The notes below the pieces were generated by a model that saw only the letters and a list, made by a program, of their open reading frames with translations, did no database searches and was not told the origin of the DNA. DNA of 63,537 nt, counting the filler. It is 6 parts of 6 records of this genome, joined end to end, with 100 filler letters (N's around TTAATTAATTAA, not from the genome) between each part and the next. Parts side by side here need not be neighbours in the genome. Positions count along the whole stretch, not along the records: positions 1 to 7,111 come from SRR31156797_11063; positions 7,212 to 19,757 come from SRR31156797_11072; 4 more parts are not named here. The stretch is one strand, 5' to 3'. Shown piece by piece: positions 1 to 8,087 of the stretch. Position 1 is the first letter of the stretch, and every line of letters starts with the position of its first letter. The translations under genes were made by a program, and so were the position numbers.

Positions 1-175
1 TCCCCTTAGATCGGGTCATATAGTGTAAATTATTGTCGGTTCTGAGGTAAGACTTGTGGAAATTTCGTTTCAATCCCCTTAGTACCTACACGGCTAAAGA
101 CCGTTTCGGTTTCGAGCCTAAAAGAGTAAAACTGTTTACTCTTTTTTAACGTCTCTCAGGTCATATAGTATAAAT
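1..175 (-). CRISPR. CRISPR array A (contig-truncated): partial repeat 1-30, 36-bp spacer 31-66, interrupted repeat 67-82 + 159-175
   Basis: Matches the 37-bp repeat GTTTCAATCCCCTTAGATCGGGTCATATAGTATAAAT also seen at 7008-7044. The reverse complement ends in ATTGAAAC, the typical type III 5' handle, so transcription is on the minus strand. Confidence 0.9.
83..158. mobile_element. ~75-bp palindromic insertion (REP/MITE-like) inside a CRISPR repeat
   Basis: Splits the repeat into GTTTCAATCCCCTTAG and GGTCATATAGTATAAAT. Contains a perfect 11-bp hairpin AAAAGAGTAAA-actg-TTTACTCTTTT (120-145) and a short ACGG/CCGT stem. Confidence 0.65.
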
Positions 176-257
176 AGCCTTTATAAAAATATTTATCTTA
201 CTTAAGTATAACACTAAGTTTTAAAAGAACCTTGACAATATAGAGTATTATACCAAA
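176..257 (-). promoter_or_regulatory. CRISPR leader with extended -10 promoter
   Basis: AT-rich non-coding stretch between the 158-aa ORF and array A; TGGTATAAT (TGn-TATAAT) on the minus strand at 247-255 points into the array. Confidence 0.6.
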
Positions 258-734
258 TTAATCCTCTTTGTAAATATCATCTTTAAATTGTTTTAATTCA
301 TCCTCTGTTATTTGTATCACAAGTTTACTAGATTTAACTATTCGTACTTGATAAATACTATCAATATATTCTACTTGTGACATATAATCAATATCATAAG
401 GTACTTTCATGTTTTTTCTTAAAATACCAAGTAAACCTTGTAATTCTTGTCTTGTTAAATCTTTTCGTGTAATATCTATTCGAAGTTTTTTATCATTAAA
501 GTAAATATAAACTTTTTCCATTTGTTTTTTATTTTGATTATGATTACTCCATACAATTAATGCTGTCAATGCTGTGATAAAAGCATCAATAGAGATCCAT
601 ATCTTACTTTCAAAAAGACTACCATTTGCGATAGTGTTAATAAAAATAGTCAATAAACATAATACCAACATAAATGATACTACATTATCAAAAGATGGTA
701 CAACTTTATTTTTTAAATTTTGTATTTTATTCAT
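258..734 (-). CDS. Putative Csx23-like membrane effector of type III CRISPR (N-terminal TM helices, C-terminal soluble domain)
   Basis: 158 aa, last gene of the csm operon. Two hydrophobic segments (about aa 18-37 and 45-62) precede a soluble domain with ITRKDLTRQELQGLLG. Size and architecture recall Csx23; family assignment is by recall only. Confidence 0.55.
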   Translation of the reverse strand: MNKIQNLKNKVVPSFDNVVSFMLVLCLLTIFINTIANGSLFESKIWISIDAFITALTALIVWSNHNQNKKQMEKVYIYFNDKKLRIDITRKDLTRQELQGLLGILRKNMKVPYDIDYMSQVEYIDSIYQVRIVKSSKLVIQITEDELKQFKDDIYKED

Positions 735-784
735 ATATTTCCTCTTTTATATTTTGTATGATTTAAGACTATTCTAGACTTTAC

Positions 785-2515
785 TCAATCAAAACACTCT
801 TTTATCATCGCAATTACTTTAAGCGTATTTTTATAATCCTTGTCCTTCTCAGGTTTTTTAGCCTTAGTTTCTATTTTCCATTTATTTACTCTTATCATCT
901 CCTCTTTAAGAATTTTTAAAGCTTCACATTTATCTTTAAAAAGACCTTGACTTAAGCCATTTAATATAAGAGTATGTTTTGGTACATTTAAGTCTTTTTT
1001 AGAAAATTCCTCTATTTGTCTTTGTGTAGGTGACATATTTGATAACCTTAATTTTTCTTCTATTTTTCTTTTCGCTTCAAGTTCAGCTTCTTCTTTTTCT
1101 TTTTGCTCTTTTTCTTTTTCACGTAAAACTGCCTTATCTTTTTCTTTTTGAAGATGCAATAAAACTTCATTTCTAGATCTATTATTATTTTCTATCAAGT
1201 TTTTTTCATATTCTAAAAACTCTTTATGAAACTCCTCATATTCATTATCAGGTATAAACTCACATAAAAGCCACCCAAAATCATCTCCATCACTTTTATT
1301 TTCAGAAAATTTCCAAATCGTTGTTTCTTGAGTTAGAATTGCTTCTACAAAAACCCTTTCTTTTTTAGCAACTAAATCTTCAAGTAGTGAAGGAGTCTCT
1401 AGAAAATGTTTTGCGTTTGTCCATTTGTCTTTTTCTTTGTTATTTAATAATCCTTCATCTGAAAACAACTCTAAAACTTTTTCGGACTCAAAATGACTTT
1501 TTTTATAAAGTCTTTCTACTCTTTTATCACTATCATCACCTTCATCTTTTTTATTTTGTATTTGACAAAGCTTAACAAGAATTTTTCTTAAACCATCTAT
1601 TGTGACAGCTCTAGCTCCACTATGTTTACCTACACTTAATAAAAACTGATTCTCATTAAATTGTATTGGTTTATTTTGTTCATTATATAAGACTTTATAA
1701 TGGCTGTTACAAGCTTTTATAATTTTTTCTTTTGTTATTTTTTCTTTTATCTCTTCTTTTTCATCATTTAAATAATCTTTAATTGTCAATGTAGCAAGAT
1801 ATTCATTATCTCTTGAATTAACTTCGATCATTGTATAAATATTGGAATCGTCTTCTTCAAACAATTCCTCATTAATAGCAAAAGCTATTTCTGAATATGA
1901 TTTTTGCGATAACGTATCTGAAACAACTAAATTTTTGAAAGCCTTATCTTGTTCAAACTCTTTTAATCCTTTTGTTCCACTTTGTTTAAAGATCAATTCT
2001 TGATAGGCTGTTGCGATAGCCCCTTTAATACTACTTCCAGATAAGTATGTAGATATTTTATTTGCTTCCCTTAAAGTTTTTTGTATTTCAAATTTATTAA
2101 ATACACTAGTTTTAAAACTTTTTTTACTTTTTTGACCACCCCCTTCAATTTGAACTTTTTTCGCAATATCTGAGTGATATTTTTTCTCAAACTCTGTGGA
2201 TACCTTAACTTTATTTACAGCTACTTTTTTTGCATACTCTTTATTTTGTATAATAAAAGCATGGACTTTTTCAAAAAGCTCGTATCCATTTTCTGTTTGA
2301 ATTTCAGCTATTTTAATAAATTGTTGTTGTTTGTGGTATGGTAAAATCTTAAGAAACAACATCTCATCAAACTCATAAAGAAATCCATCATCAACCACAT
2401 AATTAGTAGGCTCATAAACTTCCCCTGTACCAATATGAACAGGACTTAATGTGGTGATTTTTAGTTTATAATGATCTAAATTGTTTTTATCTACTATTAT
2501 TTTATCTTTCATCAC
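785..2515 (-). CDS. csm5: Type III-A RAMP protein Csm5 with long C-terminal extension
   Basis: LSPVHIGTG, YLSGSSIKGAI and LSVGKHSG RAMP motifs; operon position after csm4. Confidence 0.88.
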   Translation of the reverse strand: MMKDKIIVDKNNLDHYKLKITTLSPVHIGTGEVYEPTNYVVDDGFLYEFDEMLFLKILPYHKQQQFIKIAEIQTENGYELFEKVHAFIIQNKEYAKKVAVNKVKVSTEFEKKYHSDIAKKVQIEGGGQKSKKSFKTSVFNKFEIQKTLREANKISTYLSGSSIKGAIATAYQELIFKQSGTKGLKEFEQDKAFKNLVVSDTLSQKSYSEIAFAINEELFEEDDSNIYTMIEVNSRDNEYLATLTIKDYLNDEKEEIKEKITKEKIIKACNSHYKVLYNEQNKPIQFNENQFLLSVGKHSGARAVTIDGLRKILVKLCQIQNKKDEGDDSDKRVERLYKKSHFESEKVLELFSDEGLLNNKEKDKWTNAKHFLETPSLLEDLVAKKERVFVEAILTQETTIWKFSENKSDGDDFGWLLCEFIPDNEYEEFHKEFLEYEKNLIENNNRSRNEVLLHLQKEKDKAVLREKEKEQKEKEEAELEAKRKIEEKLRLSNMSPTQRQIEEFSKKDLNVPKHTLILNGLSQGLFKDKCEALKILKEEMIRVNKWKIETKAKKPEKDKDYKNTLKVIAMIKECFD

Positions 2516-3395
2516 TCAATCCTTTTATCGGTATTACTATCGAATATCCTTGATGAACTGTGTTCTCATAACTTGAATGTCCTTTTATAGACTTACCTAT
2601 GTATTGTAAGTTTTGAATCTCTTCAAAGTCAATAACTGCTCCACTCTCAGCTAATAAAATAGGTTTTTTAAAAGGGTTTTTATTTGCTAGATCTGCACCA
2701 TGCTTTCCAAATCTTGTAAATGGTTCATAATAGATATTTTTACACTCTTGTCCTTGTAAAACAGATGGGCTTAGTGTCATAAAAGATGTAGAACTATTCT
2801 CTATACAAACCTCTTCTAGATCACTAAACTCAAATCGACCTTTCCCTATCGTAGTGTTTTTTCCATAGCCCATTTCACTCAATAGTGTAAAACTACTTTG
2901 AAATTCAGCTAGTGTAAAATCATCACTTATCAAAAAATAGATATCTTTTGAAGAGATAAAGTATTCACTTTCTCCATAAGGATCAAACCCCTCCCCTTGT
3001 GTTGTTAAAGTTTTATAGTTTATAGCATTTCGTACAATTACAGATGGTAGATCTTGACTTTTTACATCATCATGAGAGTTTTCTCTTGCGTTGATAAAAT
3101 TCCCAGTTTGTAACTCTTCAAGTTTTAACCATATTTTTTTTCTATTGGTTTTTTTCTCATCTTTATTTTCTCCTAACAATCTACTAGGAAGTGTAGGCTT
3201 TGGAAGATACCCTTTCGCAAAACCATCTGATACTATTAAAAAAGGGGTTGTCTCATAGTTTTTTAAAAGCTCATTGAGTCTTGACTCTCCATATTTATAT
3301 CTTATAGCCCAACACATTTGACCAAAAAGCGTATCACCTTTTAAAATGGTGGCAAAATTTGATGTAAGGGTTATGGTTGTTTTATATAATTTCAT
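2502..3395 (-). CDS. csm4: Type III-A RAMP protein Csm4 (Cas5 group)
   Basis: GDTLFG motif, SDGF, G-rich loop GYGKNTTIGKGRF. Confidence 0.92.
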   Translation of the reverse strand: MKLYKTTITLTSNFATILKGDTLFGQMCWAIRYKYGESRLNELLKNYETTPFLIVSDGFAKGYLPKPTLPSRLLGENKDEKKTNRKKIWLKLEELQTGNFINARENSHDDVKSQDLPSVIVRNAINYKTLTTQGEGFDPYGESEYFISSKDIYFLISDDFTLAEFQSSFTLLSEMGYGKNTTIGKGRFEFSDLEEVCIENSSTSFMTLSPSVLQGQECKNIYYEPFTRFGKHGADLANKNPFKKPILLAESGAVIDFEEIQNLQYIGKSIKGHSSYENTVHQGYSIVIPIKGLSDER

Positions 3396-3398
3396 ATT

Positions 3399-4052
3399 TT
3401 ACTCCTCGATATGAAACTGCACTCTTCCATAACCTCTTGAACCATTCCCGCCAAGATAATCTTTAGAGATAAGTGAAAGTCCGTCTTTTACCATTTGGAT
3501 CAACTCCTCTTGATTATCTTCTTCTAGTATTTTCACCCTTATATCAAAATCAAATTTTACTCCAGCAGGTACTCTTTCTATATGTCTAAGCCCTCCATCA
3601 GAAGTTCCTGTTTGTCTATTAATAGTATTTTCAACTTTTTCTTCTCTATAGATTAATTCTTTTTCAATAGTCTCTTTAGATAAAGGACAATCCCCCACAC
3701 TGATTCTTGTAATAGGTGTGATTTCATCAAAGTCATTATCAGTTTTTCCATTACCAAAAAGCTTTAGAAGTGTTAAAGCTTGCTCTCTTTTTGTACTATC
3801 ATCAAAAATTGCATTATCTAATAGTCCTGAATGAAAAGGGTTCCCATCTCCAATACCTACTACACCTATATTCCACTCCAATAAACTTCTCATCTTACCT
3901 TTTAATGAGCTTCCAGGGATATATGGCTTATCTGTATTTATATCTTTTATCATTCCATTATCTACACCCCCTATTTTCATGGTATCATCACCTCCACCTA
4001 TATGAAGTCCGCTTAATAGTTCAATTGTACCTTTGATATTTATTATCTCCAT
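3399..4052 (-). CDS. csm3: Type III-A backbone RNase Csm3 (Cas7 group)
   Basis: GLHIGGG, IGGVD (catalytic Asp retained), PYIPGSSLKGKMRSLLE, YLGGNGSRGYG. Confidence 0.95.
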   Translation of the reverse strand: MEIINIKGTIELLSGLHIGGGDDTMKIGGVDNGMIKDINTDKPYIPGSSLKGKMRSLLEWNIGVVGIGDGNPFHSGLLDNAIFDDSTKREQALTLLKLFGNGKTDNDFDEITPITRISVGDCPLSKETIEKELIYREEKVENTINRQTGTSDGGLRHIERVPAGVKFDFDIRVKILEEDNQEELIQMVKDGLSLISKDYLGGNGSRGYGRVQFHIEE

Positions 4053-4053
4053 C

Positions 4054-4440
4054 TTAGTTTCTCCCTTTTTTAGTTTCTTCTATACTTCTATGAAAACCTA
4101 TAACCGCTTCAAAAAACAATCTAAATATTTCTAATTTACCAACTGAATCTATTTGATTGATACAACTATTCATCATCTCTACAAAAGCTTTATTTACAAG
4201 ATTTCCACCCCCTGATTTTCTTGCACTTGCGTAGGCAACTTTAGAGTTAAGCATTTTTACAAATGGTAAAACCTCTGTATCAAAATCACTTGTAGTTTTT
4301 GCTTTTTGATTCAGTTCTAACACTTGATCAAAAAACTTTCTAATTTGCGTATTTTTTACACCACTCCCAATATCTTCGGCATATTTTAATGCTGTTTTAT
4401 TTAATAGCTCACCATCTTTTTTATAATCTAATTCAATCAT
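4054..4440 (-). CDS. csm2: Type III-A small subunit Csm2 (Cas11)
   Basis: TQIRKFF and FFEAVIGFH motifs; 128 aa; lies between cas10 and csm3. Confidence 0.93.
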   Translation of the reverse strand: MIELDYKKDGELLNKTALKYAEDIGSGVKNTQIRKFFDQVLELNQKAKTTSDFDTEVLPFVKMLNSKVAYASARKSGGGNLVNKAFVEMMNSCINQIDSVGKLEIFRLFFEAVIGFHRSIEETKKGRN

Positions 4441-6008
4441 GATTCTCTCCTTTTATAAACATATTCACATAAAAACATTTTTGTTTCTTTTGGATTGGTT
4501 TCTATCTCTTCATTTAAGATTTGTAATAAAGGAAAATATTCTTTATCCATATTTCTTCCAAAACTATAAGCTAACTTTGACTTCCAGATAGTATCTTCTA
4601 TACTATGGTGATATTTCACTTTTATAGCCATCTCTACAATCTCTAAGAGTCTATATAAAAATGCTGTTTTTTCATCATCTTTTTTGACTATACTAAAAGC
4701 TTTTTGTAGGTTTTCAAAGCTTTGTAGATATCTATCCCATTTTACAACTTCACCAAATAAAGAGATGGCATTTTTCTCTGTATCTAAACTTTTTGCTTCA
4801 TCTAACAACTCTTCAGTAAACTCTGCAATTCTATTGACAGGATAAGATGGTTTTATAATAGCAATACCAAATGAGATAGTAAGCTTGTGCTTGTTATTTA
4901 TAAAGAGTAAAAACTCTTTATGTATCTTTCTTGCTAGTTCTATAGCTTCATTCCAAGCTCCAATCACAAAAAGATCATCACCTCCTCCAAATACCGTATA
5001 AGTATTTGGATACTTTTCTTTCATAAGCTTTGGAATAAAAAGAGAAAAAAAGTTATCTAACGTTTTTGAAAATATCTCAAAGTTCTCAAATCGATCTGTA
5101 ATATCAGTCGATGTACTTCTTAAAAAAGCACCCATATTATCAACATCTGCTTTTAAGATAGCCAAGCCTTTAAAACCTGTATCAAGATCTTGACAACTAT
5201 TATTTGATAGCTCATCAAACGGCATAGCAGTTGATTTTTGTATATCTTTTAAAATATACGATTTAATTTTTTTATCCAGTATCAGCTCTGTATCAAAATC
5301 ACCCAATTTAAAACCTAAATCACTATTAGAGATCAACTCATCTATAGTATTACTAGCAAGCTTTGAGCCTAGCTTTATAAAAGTATCACAGATTTTACAT
5401 CTTTTCTCATCTGTATTATCCATAACTTTTCTCATATTGCATATCTTACAAAGTGACTGGTTGTTTGCAGGCATCTGTGTATCTAAGACAATATGAGGAT
5501 TGCTCTTTAAATGAAATTTATTAAACTTTTTATCTTCTATCAGTTTAGATATACTTTCTCGAAGCTTTCTATATCTGATTTTTGTAGTAAAATCTTCTTT
5601 TTCACACTTTAAAGATACGATAGAAACACCACTGAGTCCAAAGAAGTTATCGATAAAATATCTATCTACTTCAGCTTGAATATCTGATATAAGAGTCTCT
5701 TCTCTTTTTGAAGCTATTATCTCAAATTTTCCTGCATTTGCACTCAATATAGACTCTTCAGAGATCTGTAGTCTATAGCAAATATATTTTGCAACATATA
5801 GTGTAAATAATTGAATAAATGCAGATTTAGCTCTTAAGACCTTAGCTGCATTTTTTGTTGCTAAGTTTTCAAATATAAATTTTTGAATACCATAAAAGTC
5901 ACCACTGATAAATAGCATATCCTCAGCTAATAAACTCTCTAGATCAGTAGGACTCGTTTGTACCTCATTGTAATAATCTCGATTAAAATATTTATCATAC
6001 ATTTCCAA
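4437..6008 (-). CDS. cas10: Cas10/Csm1 without HD domain, cyclase palm intact
   Basis: GDFYGIQKFI (Palm1) starts about 35 aa from the N-terminus; CKIC...CKIC zinc finger; KADVDNMG and FGGGDDLF (Palm2); only 523 aa. Confidence 0.93.
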   Translation of the reverse strand: MEMYDKYFNRDYYNEVQTSPTDLESLLAEDMLFISGDFYGIQKFIFENLATKNAAKVLRAKSAFIQLFTLYVAKYICYRLQISEESILSANAGKFEIIASKREETLISDIQAEVDRYFIDNFFGLSGVSIVSLKCEKEDFTTKIRYRKLRESISKLIEDKKFNKFHLKSNPHIVLDTQMPANNQSLCKICNMRKVMDNTDEKRCKICDTFIKLGSKLASNTIDELISNSDLGFKLGDFDTELILDKKIKSYILKDIQKSTAMPFDELSNNSCQDLDTGFKGLAILKADVDNMGAFLRSTSTDITDRFENFEIFSKTLDNFFSLFIPKLMKEKYPNTYTVFGGGDDLFVIGAWNEAIELARKIHKEFLLFINNKHKLTISFGIAIIKPSYPVNRIAEFTEELLDEAKSLDTEKNAISLFGEVVKWDRYLQSFENLQKAFSIVKKDDEKTAFLYRLLEIVEMAIKVKYHHSIEDTIWKSKLAYSFGRNMDKEYFPLLQILNEEIETNPKETKMFLCEYVYKRRES

Positions 6009-6009
6009 T

Positions 6010-6840
6010 TTAACTCTCCTTTGGGATCACATCGATCTTCCCATTACCAAAAACTGTCTGCTTCCCTACTCCTAACAGTTCTCCTAGTTTTAAAACATTA
6101 TAACTCTCTTCATTTAAACCATTTAACTCCATACTACCTACCATACCCCCTAGATTCATTGTAGTTTTCTGCCTATTGCTTAGTCTTGTAAGTTCTTTAT
6201 ATTGTAAACTTTTATTTGTAATTTCACCTTCTACTTTATAAGGAAACTTTTTATGCCCTCTTCCTAGTAACTTCATCTGTCTTTGGTATATGGAGTTGAT
6301 AATATCTTTTAATTCTATCTCGCCATTACGGATAAATCTATTCTCTTTTTTTATCCTTAATGGGGTAACAAAATCTAATCTAATATTTTGATGAACTTTT
6401 CCCACATTAAAAATCTGGATAAACTCTTGTGGCAATTTGATCTGTCCATTTTTTATACAGCTTTGATCATTGATAAACATATCAAACTCTTTAAAAGTAG
6501 TTCTACTTTTCCCTAAACCGTTTTGAGTAAGCATCATATGAAAAGCAGCTACAATATAAGGAAGTTTTGTCGTAGCATCATCAAATAGATAAAAATCAAA
6601 GTTATAATAATCTAACCCAAGCTTAAAATCAAACCTATACTTATGAAAGCTATTTTTCTCTTCATAAAATTCATAGTACAAACAATTGCTAGAAGCAAAA
6701 CACTCTTCACATGTGGTATTTGCTGCGATACAAGTAACTTTTTTTAAAGCATATCCAAGAGCTCCACGAAGCTGTGAGCCTATGAAATAAGGGGGTTTAT
6801 GGTCTGGTTTTATTATTATGGATAGTTTTGTATTTCTCAT
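6010..6840 (-). CDS. cas6: CRISPR pre-crRNA processing endoribonuclease Cas6
   Basis: GSQLRGALG, Cys cluster, FVTPLRI, C-terminal G-rich loop GVGKQTVFGNGKI. Confidence 0.92.
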   Translation of the reverse strand: MRNTKLSIIIKPDHKPPYFIGSQLRGALGYALKKVTCIAANTTCEECFASSNCLYYEFYEEKNSFHKYRFDFKLGLDYYNFDFYLFDDATTKLPYIVAAFHMMLTQNGLGKSRTTFKEFDMFINDQSCIKNGQIKLPQEFIQIFNVGKVHQNIRLDFVTPLRIKKENRFIRNGEIELKDIINSIYQRQMKLLGRGHKKFPYKVEGEITNKSLQYKELTRLSNRQKTTMNLGGMVGSMELNGLNEESYNVLKLGELLGVGKQTVFGNGKIDVIPKES

Positions 6841-6936
6841 TTTCTCTTCTTTATACTTTATTTAGATAGGTAAAAAAAGTATAACGAAAAAGTGTAACGA
6901 TTCTTGTCACAAATGTTTTAAATTTTGAAATTTATG

Positions 6937-7111
6937 TGATTTGTCCCCTGTAATCGGGTCATATAGTATAAATTAAAAAGGTAAAAAGATGAGTAAATTT
7001 CAAGATTGTTTCAATCCCCTTGGATCGGGTCATATAGTATAAATTTTTAGAAAAAGAGTTTGGAGTTAGTGGAAGCAATATTTTCAATCCCCTTAGATCG
7101 GGTCATATAGT
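6937..7111 (-). CRISPR. CRISPR array B (contig-truncated): degenerate terminal repeat 6937-6973, repeat 7008-7044, partial repeat 7081-7111, spacers of 34 and 36 bp
   Basis: Three copies of the 37-bp repeat with unique spacers. The degenerate copy is at the trailer end for minus-strand transcription. Confidence 0.93.
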
Positions 7112-7211
7112 NNNNNNNNNNNNNNNNNNNNNNNNNNNNNNNNNNNNNNNNNNNNTTAATTAATTAANNNNNNNNNNNNNNNNNNNNNNNNNNNNNNNNN
7201 NNNNNNNNNNN
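7112..7211. other. Artificial contig linker (same at 19758-19857, 36292-36391, 43997-44096, 55465-55564)
   Basis: 100-nt N run with central TTAATTAATTAA (stops in all six frames). Composition and apparent taxonomy change across each linker. Confidence 0.98.
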
Positions 7212-7241
7212 CAGCGCGTCTACCAATTCCGCCATCCGGGC
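7212..7241 (-). tRNA. 5' fragment of a tRNA, probably tRNA-Leu (truncated by contig end)
   Basis: Reverse complement GCCCGGATGGCGGAATTGGTAGACGCGCTG is an acceptor strand plus Leu-type D-arm. The anticodon is not visible. Confidence 0.75.
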
Positions 7242-7293
7242 TAAATTGGGTTTGCAAATATAGAAAAGTTTTTTTTGAGCACAAACCGATCAA

Positions 7294-7536
7294 TCATTTT
7301 ATTTCTTCATAATCGATATAGTCTCCTTCGTCCTTTGGAATATGCTTTTTTTCATCGGGTTTATAATTCACAAAGGTCTCTCCTTCTTTTCGTTTACTTT
7401 TTTGATTGTTTTGTTGATTTTGCTGCTGATATTGTTGTTGGGCTTTTTTCATCATACGCTTCAAAAAATACCTTCCTAAAAGCGATATGACATAAAATAT
7501 GGCAAAAACGATCAGCAAAAATTTAAGAATTACCAT
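7294..7536 (-). CDS. Small membrane protein, DUF4834-like (Bacteroidota)
   Basis: N-terminal TM, Gln-rich linker, C-terminal GDYIDYEEIK. Confidence 0.7.
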   Translation of the reverse strand: MVILKFLLIVFAIFYVISLLGRYFLKRMMKKAQQQYQQQNQQNNQKSKRKEGETFVNYKPDEKKHIPKDEGDYIDYEEIK

Positions 7537-8086
7537 ACATAAAGTTTATAAAGATTAATACACCTGCCAAAATAAAGACAGTTATTTTAATGTATCCAAC
7601 ACCAATGCCAAAGATCTTAATTTGATCACCTTTCGCCAATATGACAGCCAATCCAAAAAGTACGACTCCTAAACCAAAGCTTTGTAAAATCCAGAGTAAA
7701 TCAGTTTTTAATAAGGCTAACACAAACCCCGTAAGCAAATGCAATACACCTCTACCAATACTCACTAAACCGAACAGTTTGAAATTCCCATAAATAAGTT
7801 TTCCAGCTGAAACATATCTTCTATCTCGCAAGAAGTTATAAACTATCAATAATGTGAGCACAATTAAAGACACAATGAACTCCATTATAGGGCTTAAATC
7901 AGGCATTAAACTAGTTGCAAACCAACCTGAAACAATAAATATCAGATAAATTAATGAGGATGTAATTAATGAAGTAAGAAATACATCCAGCTTTTTTACA
8001 GGTAATGCTATATACCTGGCTCTGTTATGCTCAAATAGCTCAAGTATTACTCCTAAAATGATAAATGCTGCAAATAATTGCTCCAT
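7523..8086 (-). CDS. Hypothetical multi-pass membrane protein
   Basis: 187 aa, several hydrophobic segments, overlapping gene junctions. Confidence 0.6.
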   Translation of the reverse strand: MEQLFAAFIILGVILELFEHNRARYIALPVKKLDVFLTSLITSSLIYLIFIVSGWFATSLMPDLSPIMEFIVSLIVLTLLIVYNFLRDRRYVSAGKLIYGNFKLFGLVSIGRGVLHLLTGFVLALLKTDLLWILQSFGLGVVLFGLAVILAKGDQIKIFGIGVGYIKITVFILAGVLIFINFMYGNS

Positions 8087-8087
8087 A

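Noticed and set aside
4437-6008. cas10 as a decayed pseudogene
   Set aside because: Clean coupling to cas6 with an RBS, intact palm motifs and zinc finger, and no leftover HD fragment.
7156-7167. TTAATTAATTAA palindrome, present five times
   Set aside because: Synthetic six-frame stop linker inside the N runs.
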